Assembly (NCBI RefSeq): GCF_009914755.1
Contig: NC_060941.1
DNA: 64,000 bases
Direction: 5' to 3' (one strand)
Source: the human T2T-CHM13v2.0 reference genome, Homo sapiens
Shown: positions 17,916-34,639 of the stretch, in pieces
Numbering within the stretch: the stretch's first letter is position 1
How the letters are laid out: each line of letters begins with the position of its first letter
Translations under genes and position numbers: made by a program
The notes under the pieces: generated by a model
Databases searched by the model: none
Told to the model about the DNA's origin: nothing
The model's input: the letters and a program-made list of their open reading frames with translations, nothing else

Positions 17916-18004
17916 CAAAACTGCCAGCCCCAGCCCCTGCGGGGAGAGATGGGAAAGAAGGCAGGAAGACGGATGGTGACTCAGAGAAGACCCAGAAAGG
18001 AAGG

Positions 18005-18570
18005 GCCTCTGAGTCACATACTCAGATTCCTAATCTCAGCCCAGACCTTGACTTGCTGTGTGACCTTGGGCCAATTGCTTTGTCTCTCTGAGTTTAAATG
18101 TCCTCAACATGGAGAGTCTTACCAGCTTTGGCCCATCTCAAGCCTGTACAGTTTAAGGCCCACAGGAAGCCCAAGAGAGCATCTCGTAGGCCCCGAATGT
18201 CATTCCTGTGCAAGACTGAAAGTCAGTGTGTCCCGGAAGACAGCCTGGACGCAGTGTGTTCTGCAGTAGGACCACTGAACTCATGACACCCTGTTCTTTC
18301 CTTGCTCTCCCCCGCAGCAGCAGTCTGGGGGCCTAGAAGCTGAGCTGACCTGTTTCTTTGTCCTCCTTGCCCCCAAAAACTCCATAGGAAAAGACACTCT
18401 TTGTAATCAGAAGACTTAGGTTAAGACTCAGCTCATCACCAGTCACGTGATCGCTGGCAAATGACCTCTCTGAACTTCGGGATTCTCATCTATAAAATGA
18501 GTCTAACAACATCTCATTGGGCTGTGGTGACAAGTTGTCTTAGGAATGTGAAATTGCTTTGTAAACATAA
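18005..18570 (+). mobile_element. Two MIR fragments (18005-18110 and 18400-18570)
   Basis: GCTGTGTGACCTTGGGCCAATTGCTT; TGACCTCTCTGAACTTCGGGATTCTCATCTATAAAATGAG. Confidence 0.7.
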
Positions 18571-19162
18571 CGGGCCACACCTGATATATATTTACATTTT
18601 TCCCGCTACTCACAGCCAGTCACAGTCGTCTCACTATGTTCTAATGCCATCCTAGCCATGGTGCAGAGATAGAACCAGAGTGGACAAGGACTCTGTTGAC
18701 ACCCTGCCCCATCCCCACCCCCTGATTTGTCAATGGTGGAAGCTGCAATGCTGGACTCCTAGACTTGATTTATTGGAGAATGGGGCTTTCATTCCCATTT
18801 GCTTCAACCAGCCCCGGCTGGGTCCCCACACCCTGGGTGGCTGAGCCAGGCTGGGATGTGACCTCCTAGCCATGCTCTCTGGGCCCTATGGCCCTGGTCT
18901 ATCACCTCTGCTCCCACCCAAATAATCCAAGGCCTTGAACCTGGCCTCCCTGCCTTGCTGTCTGAGAATCAATGGTCCCACACCTCCCAAGATGACTGAG
19001 AAGGAGAACGCTTCTACCCCACCTTCTCCCATGTATGGGTGCCATGCCTTCTCTGTAAAAACAATCCAATATTGTTTGAAAACTTATAAGAGCAGAATAT
19101 GCTCCTTAGAAGACACTTAAATACAGGAATATATAGGAAAAAGAAAAGGAAGAAAGAAATGT

Positions 19163-20042
19163 GGTCTAATATCCAGAATTTACGAGGAACTTAAACAAAT
19201 TTACAAGAAAAAAATCCCATCAAAAAGTGGGCAAAGGATATGAACAGACACTTCTCAAAAAAAAAGACATTTACGCAGCCAACAAACATATGAAAAAAAG
19301 CTCAACATCACTGATCATTAGAGAAATGCAAATCAAAACCATAATGAGATACCATCTCTCACCAGTTAGAATGGCAATCATTAAAAAGTCAAGAAACAAT
19401 AGATGCTGGTGAGGCTGTGGAGAAATAGGAATGCTTTTACACTGTTGGTGGGATTGTAAATTAGTTCAACCATTGTGGAAGACAGTTTGTGGATTCCTCA
19501 AGGATCTAGAACCAGAAATACCATTTGACTCAACAATTCCATTCCTGGGTACATACTCAAAGGAATATAAATCCTTCTATTATAAAGACACATGCACACC
19601 TGTGTTTACTGCAGCACTATTTACAATAGCAAAGGCATGGAACCAACCCAAATCCCTATCAATGACAGACTGGATAAAGAAAATATGGTACCTATACACC
19701 ATGGAATACTATGCAGCCATAAAAAGGAATGAGATTATCATGTCCTTTGCAGGGACATGGATGAAGCTGGAATCCATCATCCTCAGCAAACTAACACAGG
19801 AACAGAAAACCAAACACCACGTGTTCTCACTCATAAGTGGGAGTTGAACAATCAGAACACATGGACACAGGGAGGGGAACATCACACATCAGGGTATGTT
19901 AGGGGGTGGGGGATGAGGGGAGAGAACTTAGAGGATGGGTCAATAGGTGCAGCAAACCACCATGGCACATGTATACCTACATAACAAACCTGCATGTCCT
20001 GTACATGTATCCCAGAACTTGAAGTAAAATAAAAATAAAATG
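19163..20042 (+). mobile_element. 5'-truncated L1PA (L1PA10/11-like): end of ORF2 plus 3'UTR
   Basis: Disrupted ORF2p C-terminal peptides ([23 protein letters not shown]; [16 protein letters not shown]); 3'UTR AACTTAGAGGATGGGTCAATAGGTGCAGCAAACCACCATGGCAC; A-rich tail. Confidence 0.95.
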
Positions 20043-20145
20043 AAAGAGAGAGAGAGAGACAAAAGAGAAGGAAGAAAGAAAGAAAGAAAGAAAGAAGAAA
20101 GAAAGAAAAAGAAAGAAAGGAAGAAAGGGAAAGAAAGAAAGAAAG

Positions 20146-20200
<55 letters not shown>

Positions 20201-20237
20201 AAAAAGGAAGGAAGGAAGGAAGGAAGAAAGAGAGAGA
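20043..20237 (+). repeat. (GAAA)n/(GGAA)n polypurine microsatellite after the L1 tail
   Basis: About 190 bp of near-pure purine. Confidence 0.95.
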
Positions 20238-20807
20238 CTTGCTCTTGGTGTTCCTTTCCTCTGTGTCTGTGCCCTTCTTTAGGAAACCCTGTGGACTTGC
20301 CCCTACTGGAGCCCATGTGACTCAGCCCCTCCAGGCTCGTAGGCAGTCAGGGCAGTGACAGTGATAGGACCTCCTTGTCTGTGGCCCTCGTAGCAACAAG
20401 CCCTGTATACAGTGGGTGCTCAATAAATGTTGCTTGGTTGACCAGGTGAGGGTGTATTTCCTGGGATGTTAGTACAGTTTTGCTGAGAGCAAGAGGAGGT
20501 AGTTGGTTGCCCGGTTCTTGTGAGGCCAGGAAGATTTACATAACATTAGGGGTTCAGAAATTAAGATTTGGGGCAGAATGGCTAGATATCAGCAAAATAA
20601 TGATCCTTTTAATGACAAGATGAAGATGGGAACTCTAAGGCTCTGCTTCTCTGCTATGGGGTGGAAAGCAATGTCTCCTTTGAATGGAATTTTTTTCATT
20701 CATTCATGCAGTCAGCTAATACTCACTGAATTCCTTCTGTGTGTCAGCCTCTGGGCTCAGACATGAGCAAGGAAGGCACCCAAAGAAAAAGTAAGAACAT
20801 TTTGTCT

Positions 20808-21670
<863 letters not shown>

Positions 21671-22904
21671 GGGAAAAGAAGGATGTTTTCCTGGAGGAAA
21701 AGGACTGGAGTTGGGGGAGGCGGGGAGGGGAAGGGAGGGAGGTGAGAAGAGGAGGAGGGAGCTGAGTGGCTGCCTGTTTCCAGGAGGTTGGGAGAACAAT
21801 GTGGCCTGAGTCCTAGATGCCCTGGCAGTCCACAGTGAGTGTAGGGGGTGTCCTGCCTCCCATGCCCTTTGCTGGTCTCCTACATATGGAAACCTCCCTA
21901 GCAATGGGAGGAGGGCTGGCCAGGGGATCCCTCAGCATCCTACTCCAGGTAAAGGAAGCTGTTTCTCTCTCTGTGCCTGCACAGCACCTGTAAATGCCAT
22001 CATCTTAGATCAAACTTAGATCAGACTAGTCCCCCCATACCCCTAAGCAATTGGTGGGGACTGGTTTGATTTAAGTTACCCATGGCGGGCCTGGAGGTGG
22101 GTAGGGAGAGGAGGGAATATAGTTTAAGTTAAAACAAAACAAAACCAAAAAACGTTTGTGGCTGAGAGCTCTCAACTGGAACAGCCTGACTGGCTGGGCC
22201 CAAAGCCAGAAGATAGGTCCCAGGATCAGGTGACCCCGCCATGCCCTTGGGAAGGCCCTGGGGGGTTGAGGGGTTAATGCCACTTCCTCCCCAGGCCACC
22301 CTCCAGAGTCCTGCCTTTTCCTATCTTCCTCCAGCCTCATCTCCCATCAGGATCCTTAGTTTGAGGTCTGAAGGGAGGGAGGGCCTAGGCCCAAGGACTT
22401 CCAGAATGGAGAGGAGGTGAAGGTTCACTCTACAGCTAAGCCTCAATGCCTACTGCCCCTAACCTCCGCCAGGCAGCCCATCCTGGTCCAATGCCAGGGC
22501 GAGGCACCAAGGATGCAAAGAAGGTTCTGCTCTGAGGGAGCTCAGCAGGGCACAAGAACTCCTCAAGGGGGTGCAATTAGTGCCATAGGGGTGACATCTC
22601 CAGGTGCTATGCAGGCACAGAGATGCAAACAGCTCTCTTTACCTGGAACCAGAGAGAAGAGGGGGTATTGAGAGGGGTCTTGATGGTTGAGTAGGAGTTT
22701 GCCAGACAGAGAAGTGGTTGGAGGGCGTTTTCAGCAGAAGCAAAGCATGAGCACAGCACACAGGGGTGAGGAAGGCTGGGTGTAAGAAACAGTGGGCTGC
22801 TGTGCGGGAGCGGAGTCAGAATGCCTGGTTTGCATCCAGCATTCCAGTTCCTCCCTTTCTTTCTCTCTTTCTCCCTTTCTCTCCCTCTTTCTTTCTTTTT
22901 CTTT

Positions 22905-23223
<319 letters not shown>

Positions 23224-23227
23224 TGTG

Positions 23228-23469
23228 TAGCTATCTTTAGATATGCAAATACTTACTATTGTATTACAACTGCCTACAGTATTCAGTACAGTAATGTGCT
23301 GTACTGATTTGTAGCCTAGGAGCATAGGCTATGCCATACGGCCAAGGTGTGTCATAGGCTCTACCAGGTAGGTTTGTGTAAACACACTCTCTGATGCTCA
23401 CAGAGTGATGAAATCGCCTAACAATGCATTTCTCAGAACATATCCCCATCGTTAATCAACACACGACTG
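23228..23469 (+). mobile_element. Tigger3a (MER7A-like) TcMar DNA transposon, 3' part
   Basis: TGCCTACAGTATTCAGTACAGTAA...GTAGCCTAGGAGC...CATTTCTCAGAACATATCCCCATCGTTAA...GACTG, followed by TA. Confidence 0.88.
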
Positions 23470-24527
23470 TACATGATAAAGCACGTAGAGCAGTGCCTGG
23501 CACATAGTGAGCATTTGATCAATGTTAGCTGCTATCATTATTATTATTATCAGAGAGGTGGAGGGGAGTGGCCACAGAACAAGCTAGAAAGGGAGGAGGA
23601 AGCCTGCGTAGGAAGGGCCTTGAACACCGGGCTCAGAAGCTTGGGGTTGATACTGAAAGCAGCAGGGAAACGTTTTTTAAATAGAAGAATGATATAGTTT
23701 ACAGACAGTTTACTCCAGGACCTGGCAAACAGCAGGCATTTAATAAATACCTCTTGAGTGAATGAATGAATCAAGATTGGAGGAGGAGAGACCAATTAGG
23801 CGGCCACTTCAGCGACCCAGGTATCCCATCATGAGGGCTGAACCCAGGGCAGCTGCCATGGAGTTTTGGGGGGACCCTCAGCCAGGCACTGGGCTTCCCT
23901 GCCCACACCCACCTGCCCACCCCCCGCCTAACCAGGACAGGCAGCTTCATGGTCCCCGCTGCTCGTGTGCAGCGCACAACACCGCCTCATAACTCACTGT
24001 GCTTATGATGAAGCGGAGCGGTTGTTTGGGAAGACAGCCACTCTGATACCCAACAGCCCCCAGGGCCGTTCCTGATGTTTCTCTTCCACCATCCACTGCT
24101 TAACATGCCAAGTCTCCCTCCCACACCCTGCTCCCCATGCCCCTCCAATGGCACCGATCTCTTCCCCCATTCACACACACCCCTCCGCCTGCCTCTCCAG
24201 TGCCGCAGCCTGGAGGAAATTTATTGCAGCTCCAGACTGCTATGGGCAAATACTAATAAAATGCTGTTTTGCTGCAATTTGTTTAATTGGCCACAGCAGA
24301 GACGTTGTGAGCATGTGCAGCCTCTGCCCGCGCCTGCCTGCCTGCCCGCCTGCCCAGCTCACAGATGCTCTCTCCTCCCTCCGCCTTGTCTCCCTGGCTG
24401 TGGCTACCGAGAATGGGATAATGCAGAGAGGAGAGACAAGAGCGGAGGCCGAATGAGCCCATCTCCATCTATTCTTACAGCATTTTACTGAGTGAACCTT
24501 TCACCCATGAACCTTGGGATCCTGTGA

Positions 24528-24950
24528 ACAGCCAGACTGCCTGGGTTCAAATCCCACTACTTATTTCCTCCTCTTACTGGTGTCACCTTAGGCAAGTCAT
24601 GCAACCTCTCTGTGCCCCAGTTTCCTCACCTGTAAAATGGAAACAATAGCAACACTGTTGTGAGGATTAAATGAGCTACTTCATGTAAAACACTCAGAAC
24701 AGTGCTTGGTCCATGGGAGGCGCAAAATCAATGTGAAGGACTTGGACTGCTTGGGTTCTAATCCCAGCTCGGCCACTTAGCAGCTGTGTGCCTTGGGCAT
24801 GTTACTTAAGCACTTCGTAGCTCCGTTTTCCCATCTGTGAAATGGGGGTAGTGATTACATCTATCTCACAGAGTTGCGTGAAGATTAAAGGTGTCAATCA
24901 ACAGAAAGGGACTGAGAACAGAGCCTGCCACGAAATAAGAGCTGCAAAAG
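24528..24950 (+). mobile_element. Two tandem MIRs (24528-24740 and 24745-24950)
   Basis: Each has GACTGC(C/T)TGGGTTC, the core (TTTCCTCACCTGTAAAATGG / TTTCCCATCTGTGAAATGG) and GTGA(G/A)GATTAAA. Confidence 0.88.
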
Positions 24951-25305
24951 CATGAACCGTTGTTGCGAAACAGACAGTGGCAGCGGCGGGAGCTAAGTGC
25001 TCTGGGTGGGGGTGCTCGGGAAGACTTTGCACCCCGCGTTCCTTCTCTGGAGTGAGTTATGGGGGAGGGGTGAGTCCCCAGAGATGGGAATTCCCAATGG
25101 TAAACAGTTCGAGCTGGTTCCTTGTGTCTTGAGGCCAGCGAAAGACCCTCGCAGTGTGTCTCTCGTGGGTTAGGAGGTGCAGTGACCCTGCTACAGCTCT
25201 CCAGACAGAGCCTGGGGCTGTGCTGCTGCTTGTGGGGTCAGCTCAACCTCCCAGCTGCTCCCCTCTTGGCCCCTGGCACCCACTCCCCGGGGGTGGGCAT
25301 CTTGC

Positions 25306-25324
25306 CACCCGCCAGATGGCACTA
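25306..25324 (+). promoter_or_regulatory. Putative CTCF site
   Basis: CACCCGCCAGATGGCACTA matches the CTCF core CCRSYAGRKGGCRS plus the 3' TA. Confidence 0.6.
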
Positions 25325-25789
25325 GCAGAGGCTGGGGCGTGGGGGTGGGTGGGGAGCGTTAGGCCAGGCTGCAGGAGCTGGGCACAGGGGTCTTGGGACA
25401 GATGGGCTTGTGTCTGTCCCGAGAATAGCATGCCTGGGGCAGGGCGGAGGCATCCCCATGAGGCTTTTGGGAGCTGGCTGAGGCCTATAAGATACAGTGC
25501 ACACGAGCATTCATACATTTACACACACTCACGCACAAAAATGTGCGGCATGTTTCCGGCAACCTTGACTCAGCTGGCTCAGGCACCTTTGTCCAAAGGA
25601 AACTCACCACTCCTAAAGAAACCTTGCACCCTGACCTCTAGGTCATGAATGCTAGAGCGTGCCACAGGTAACAGGAGGCACTTATACCACTTCCACTCCG
25701 AGCTTTGCTTCCCTCATCCGCAAAATGTGGAGACAGCTTCCCTGTCTCCTGGGGAGGAGGTCAGTGGCATAGGCCTGAGAAGAACACCC

Positions 25790-26000
25790 TGAAGCCAGCT
25801 GGCCAAGTTTGGATTCAGGCTTTTCTCCTGGGGATTCAACTGTGTGCCCTTGGGCAAATAACTTCACCTCTCCGTGTCTCACTTTCATTATCCATAAAAT
25901 GGGGATGAAGACAATAGCACATACCTCAGAGAGGTGTCATGAGAGTTAGAAAGGAGCTAATGCCATGAGTGCAGGAAACGGGCGTGGAAACGGGGCCTGG
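25790..26000 (+). mobile_element. MIR
   Basis: CTGTGTGCCCTTGGGCAAATAACTTCACCTCTCCGTGTCTC...TAAAATGGGGATG. Confidence 0.75.
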
Positions 26001-27459
26001 CACCGCAGGCGTGCCCTCTCCCTGGGCCACTTCATGACTGCTGCCCAGCGGCAGTTCCTGTTGCTGTGCTGGACTCTCTGACGGCCAAGTGTGGGGACTT
26101 GTCTCTTCCCTGGCACATGGTAGCATTCCGCAAATGCTTCTTGGCTTGTTGGCAGGATGGGTGTCCTGTGCGGGGGTCCCGGCCTGCTAGGGTGGGTAGG
26201 TTGCTGGGAAGCTCCCCCAGCCGACCCTCGGAGGCCCGCCCTGCCGCTTCATCTAGAATGGTACCGTCTGCAGCCACAGGCAATCCCATGCTATCCCTGC
26301 AGCCCTGGGCCAGGTGCTCTGAGCCTCCCTCCTCTGTACTCTACCCACAAATCGAAGCCTGCCCTGCCTCTCACTGCTCCCCTTCCCAATTCAGGCATAA
26401 TCTCCCCCAAGCAGGGCTTTAATCCCGCCTCCCCCACCTGGAGCCTCTCCCACAATGCCCTGAGCTGCTCAGTGAAGTGCATATATCCTCGCTGTACTTT
26501 CTAGGCTCTTCCCTGCAAGGTGAGGGCCTTCCCAAAGCAGCCTATCTTCCATTGAACGGAAGAGAAAACCGAGGCCCCAGAAGGGAGAACGCTGCTGCCT
26601 CTCACCGTCCTGAGGGGAGCAGCCAGGAGAGCTGGGGCTCAGGGTGTCCAACAAGGAAGGGACCATGTAAGTCGGGGGCTGGCACTGAACACCTACGTCC
26701 TGCCCCCACCCATGAATGGCCCCACATTCTGTTGACCCTCTTCCAATCTTGGGCATTCAATGGAGCAGGGGGGTTGGGGTCGGGGAGTGGGGTTGGGGGT
26801 GGAGGAATGAGGGAGGTGGGATGGTGGGGGGCAGAGCGTGCCCTCCCTGGCTCGGTGAGGCCGATGCAGCCAGCTGTGGCGAGCAGCAGCTGGATACACA
26901 TACCAGGATGCACGGTCCCACGCCCTCTGCCAGGGCCCAGCAGTCAGGGGAGAGGGAGGCCAGGGAAGGCAGTGAAGTGGCTGGTGAGGCTCCCAGGAGG
27001 GGGGTGGGAAGAAGGGGAGGCCTGGGGAATGCTCCGCCGGCCCCAGGGCCCCAAGTTTCCCCCAGAAGGCCTCTGGTACTCCTCACCCTGACTCCACCAG
27101 GAGGTGGAGTGACTTCAGAGTTTCCGTAGAGGAAGGCCCAAGCCGGAGCCTTGTTGCCCACTCCATCTCTGGGGAGCGGGCTGCACTGTGGTCACAGGAG
27201 GGTGGTAGGAGTGGACAGGGTAGCCACAGGCCCCAGGACTGGGAGGGGAAGATCATCGTTCAGAACCACCCAGGAAACCCAGGGGCAGAGGCGTGGGCTC
27301 CATGCGCTCTGTTCCCCAGCACCAGGGACTCTCTGTTTGAGTTCCTTTGAGGGGTTAAAGGAATCAGGAAAGAGAGGCGATGTCAAGCACGTGCTCCTTC
27401 CCAAACACTAACTGAGAAGCAGCCTCAGTGAACAGCAGCACAGCCCTTGCCTGCATGAA

Positions 27460-28400
<941 letters not shown>

Positions 28401-28914
28401 GGCTGTGGTGCCAGTCACTAACATGTAGGATGCCAGGGTTGGCCAATGGGGCTGGGCCAGGCCTTGGGTTTAACCTTGGCCCTCTAGAGTGTAAGGAGCC
28501 AGCTCCTCCCGTGTCCCTGACCCTATGCCTCCTCCCCAGCTGATGTGCCAAGCACCAGGTCCAAGCGTGTGCATTCGCTCGCCAAACCCCCTCAGCGTGG
28601 CAGCAGGGCAGGGAGAACACGGAAACCTCTAGCCACCTGGTTCTTGCCCTCTGAGCTCTTCCAGTCAGTAAAGGAGGTGGGCCGTGTGCACAAACAACAG
28701 CCACACGAGGTCTGATCTGTCCAAGTCCGAACTTTATTGCTTTTGACCACAGGCTGTTTGCAAGGGCAGTAAATGATTAAGGGCCACATGAGTGGTAGGG
28801 ACTGTAATTGCCTCAGAGAGTCTGAGGAATGGGAAAGCCCTTCTGGATGTACAGAAGAGAATTCTGGTCAGGGCTTGGGGGTGGAGAGGGACAGGGCTGC
28901 AGGCAGACTGGGAG

Positions 28915-29290
28915 CTGGGAGACTGGGTTCAAAGTCCAAGCTATGCTCCAACTTGGCTGACTGGCCAAGGACTGTATCTCTCTGGGTCTCTGTTTCCTCA
29001 TCTGTAAAATGGGGGAAAAGATAAAGCTTAATTAAACTCCCAGTCTCCAAGTCTGGCGTGGGATTGTAGAGCGAATGGACGCAAACAGTCTCTGAGAATG
29101 TATGTGCCACTCCTTTGAAAGGGACTGGGGTCCACTCTGCTCAGGTCATAGGATTTGTTTTGGAAGGCCAGCGTTTTTAGAGTTAGGCACACCAGAGTTC
29201 AAATCCTGGCTCTGCCATTTACTGGCTGGGTGCCTTTAGCCAAGTGACACGACCTGTCCAGGACTCGTTGTCTGTAGAATGGGATGGCTC
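28915..29290 (+). mobile_element. Two MIR fragments (28915-29020 and 29175-29290)
   Basis: TCTCTGTTTCCTCATCTGTAAAATGGGG; GTTCAAATCCTGGCTCTGCCATTTACTGGCTG. Confidence 0.75.
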
Positions 29291-30024
29291 CCCCCGCACA
29301 CAGGGTAAATAAGATTACTGACCTCCATTGGCATGGGCATGACACCGAATCTCTCGGGCAAGTTCACACCAGCCCCAAATGCCCCAGGGTAAGGAAGCCT
29401 GGGCCTGAGGCCTGCGGGGACCTTGGCCATTCTTCACCACAAATCTTCCCAGCTGCACAAGAGGTCCTCATTGCCCACCTCCCTCCCCATCCTAAAGCTT
29501 CCCACTGACTCTGCCGAGTGGGGGAGTGGGGTCAAATCTCCCGCTGCTCCCCCTCTGGCCCAGATAACACACACACCAATGGGGACCCTGGCCTGCGGAA
29601 ACTGCCCAGATAAACACTGCCTGCCTCAGATAACCGAGGCCCTATCGGCTTGGCATCTTGTTCTCCAAACCACAGGCGCTGGTGATAAAGGGATTGTGTA
29701 GGGGGCTGCATCTGCTGGGGCCCAGGTGGGAGCCTTTTGCAGGTTTTTTGGTTTTTGTTTTTCTTCCTCTCACTATTATTTACAACAAATGTTTGGCCCC
29801 TTCAGGGACAAGCCAGTCCTCTGGCAGCCAGGGTCTCCCAACTAGCTCCCCCTCCCTCTCTCATCAAAAACCAGACGGCCATTTGTCCCCCCTGATGGAT
29901 TTCCAAGGGAGGGAGAGGAAGGCATTGGAGATGGGATTAGGGGGTGGCAGACAGGCAAATTCTGTTCAGAGCTTTTGGTGATTATAAAAAGCTTGGGAGG
30001 GAGGGTTGCTCCTTCAGGGACATC

Positions 30025-30770
30025 TGATACTAACCACCATTTATTGAGCACTTACTATGTATGAGGTGCAGCTTATTTGATCCAGTGGGAGTGCTAACCA
30101 TCCCCTTCATTTCCATTTTACAGGCAAGACAACTGAGGTTCAGAAGGTCACGATACAACTGGTAAGAAAGACTAGAATCAAAGGCCAGGTTTGAAGCAAA
30201 GCCTCTGCTCTTGCCCTCTGCACCCTGTTCCCAAGGGCCGCCCCTGCTTCTGGCCCTTTCTGGGGCATGGAAAGGAAACAGGTGGCTGCTCTCCTAGGCA
30301 CAGAAAAGTCTGAGCCACACCTGGAAGCTGGCTTTGGGCCAGAGCTGGGATGCTGGGCCGGGAACCTGGGCCCGGAGGGGTCTTGCTGGCTCCCTGGCTC
30401 TAGGGTTGTCACATCCTGGGTGGCCTTGGAGGTCATCTGGAGCAAAGGTCTCCTGGGACAGACAGGGAAACAGATGAAAATAGACGTGTGACAGGCCTGG
30501 GATCAGCCAGCCAGTGGGTGCTGCTTGAAGACCTTGGCTCCGGGCGATCCCAGCTCACTGATTTTACAGATGAGGAAACTGAGGCCCGGAGCAGGAAAAC
30601 GACTTGCCAAAAGGCTACATAGCTAAAGCCAGTAGAGCTGACACTCGGGAGGCTGAGGCAGAAGGATCCCTTGAGCCCAGAGGTTCGAGGCCAACATGGG
30701 AGGCTCTCTTAAAAAAAATTAAAATAAAGTTAAGCTAGGAATCCAACCCAGGCATCCTGACTTGCAGTGC
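30025..30770 (-). mobile_element. MIR fragments (30025-30200 and 30555-30770); the second contains a sense FLAM fragment at 30641-30725
   Basis: ATTTATTGAGCACTTACTATG; ATTTTACAGATGAGGAAACTGAGGCCC; CTCGGGAGGCTGAGGCAGAAGGATCCCTTGAGCCCAG. Confidence 0.75.
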
Positions 30771-31685
30771 AGGGCTATTTTCACTCTCCCATATTAGACA
30801 TACACCACCAGATACAGACACAGAAAACCACAGCCACAGAGGCTCAGGCACAAGGGGCCACCCGGGGGGCACAAGACATGTGCACACTTCCAAGTATACG
30901 TGCTCACACCTGGCACTCCCACGACACCGTGTGGGACCCGCTGTCCATCCCCCCACCCCGGGACCTGAAGGAGACCCAGCTGGACTTACTCTCCCCTCCC
31001 CTGCCCCTCTCCCCCCACCTCTAGAACAGCACCAAGCCAGGGAGCTCCACGCTGTGCTTAAAAAGGGCACTTAATTTTTCATTCTTAAATGCTGGGATGC
31101 TCTTGTCTTCCAGCTTCGCCCAAACCCCTTGGTGGAGATGGATGGAGGCGCGGAACACAGTTATCAGAAAGATTAAGCCAGGACTTGTCATTTTTTTATA
31201 TCACAGAGCAGTCAGCTCGACGAGTGATGTCCTCCAGTCCGCCAGGATGAGTCCAGAACCTTTAGTGCCAGTAGTAAAAAAGACTATAAAAAACACCATC
31301 GGAGAAAGGGTAATGATGAAATTTAACTGCTCCCGATCACACACCTGGGGTCTGCTCGCCGTGGAACCGGGGGGTTCGGCCACATCATCCTTTACTGCTG
31401 TGTCCTTGTCTGTGCATTTAAGGTCCTTCCACTGAACCAGAACACACGTTCATGGTGGGGAGCCTGGGGCTGTCTGCCCCACCCCACCCTGCATGGTGCA
31501 GAGCACAGACAGTGGGAGGGAGCAGGGCAGACTCTGTCCTAGGAGGCCTTGAGGCCTGTTGGGCCTGGAAAAGGGGCCGTAGGGCTGGATACCCCAGGAG
31601 TGTTGCTGAGCTGCAGGGTTACAGAGGAGCTCCAGCCACAGGGCTACTGAAAACAGCATGGGGCTAGACTGTGGTTGGCTAGAAT

Positions 31686-31812
31686 CTTCCTTCCTTCCAT
31701 TTACCCTTCCTTCCTTCCTCCCTCCCTCCCTCCCTTCCTTCCTTCCTCCCTCCCCCCCCTTTCCTTCCTCCCTCCCCTCCTCCCTCCTTTCCTTCCTTCC
31801 TTCCCTCCCTCC
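31686..31812. repeat. (CCTT/CCCT)n microsatellite
   Basis: Imperfect tetranucleotide pyrimidine repeat. Confidence 0.9.
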
Positions 31813-31889
31813 ATCTCACTTTATGTGCCAGGTACTGTGTTACCTACATGATTGTCACCTGAATATTCTCACTGCTCTTAGAATACAGC

Positions 31890-33009
<1,120 letters not shown>

Positions 33010-33139
33010 AGCCTGAAAAGGACTTTTGAGGTAGGTGGGATTACCCTCCCTGTGCAACAGAGAGCCCTCAGGTCACTGGTTAGGGAATAGCAGGACCAGG
33101 GTTCAAACCAAGGCCAGATGGGCCCCCTAGCTTGAGCTT

Positions 33140-33510
33140 CCTTCTTGCTCAGCCTGCCTGGCCTCACTGGCCCCTTTGCTATTCCTAACATGCCACGCAT
33201 GCTCTCTTGTCCAAGTCTTTGAACATGCATTTCCCTCTGCCTGGAATACTCTTCCTGCTGACAACCTTAGGCTCCCCCCTGGTCTCCTTCAAGTCTTTGC
33301 TCAAATGTCATTTTCTTAATAAAGTCTTCCCTGACACAACTCCACACACACGCTCCTATGCACCTCATATTCTATATGTTACCTGTTTCATTTTGTCTAC
33401 CTTTACTAGAGTGTTGGTTCCCTAAGGGCAGAGCTTTTGTCTTTTCTGTTCGTTGTCACATCACCAGTGCCTATCATAGGTGCTCAGTAAATATTTGCTG
33501 GGTGAACTGA
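33140..33510 (+). mobile_element. L2 3' end
   Basis: CCCTCTGCCTGGAATACTCTTCC...TCTCCTTCAAGTCTTTGCTCAAATGTCA...TAGGTGCTCAGTAAATATTTG. Confidence 0.8.
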
Positions 33511-33639
33511 TGGACACAAGAAACACAGAGCTGAATCAGGACGGGTCCCTGCCTTGAAAGGCCTGAGTCTGGCCAAGGGAGACAGTCATTGTCATCTGAG
33601 TGAATCATGTTCTAACACAGCAGACTTCCTCCTATCCTT

Positions 33640-34414
<775 letters not shown>

Positions 34415-34639
34415 TTAGAATTTTTTACTGAAGCATCATAAACACACACAGTGATTTTTCACAAAGTTCATCAGCATCTTGACCAAGAAATAAAACATCA
34501 CTGACTCCCAAGAAGTCCCCTTACGGCCCTTCCCAGTCCCTACTTCCCCAAAAGGTAAAGATTGTCCTGATGGTTAACACTAGATTGTTTCCCCTGTTTT
34601 CTGAACCTTGAGGCTCCCTTCGTAACTCTACAAAATGTT

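Noticed and set aside
19227-19847. ORFs with clear protein homology ([14 protein letters not shown])
   Set aside because: Frameshifted C-terminus of L1 ORF2p in a 5'-truncated dead L1PA.
20040-20316. K/E/R-rich and F/L/S-rich ORFs (also at 11.0-11.4 kb and 53.75-54.25 kb)
   Set aside because: Translations of GAAA microsatellites.
26477-27161. Overlapping 130-204 aa ORFs
   Set aside because: G-rich, stop-poor DNA open in several frames on both strands, with no coding signature.
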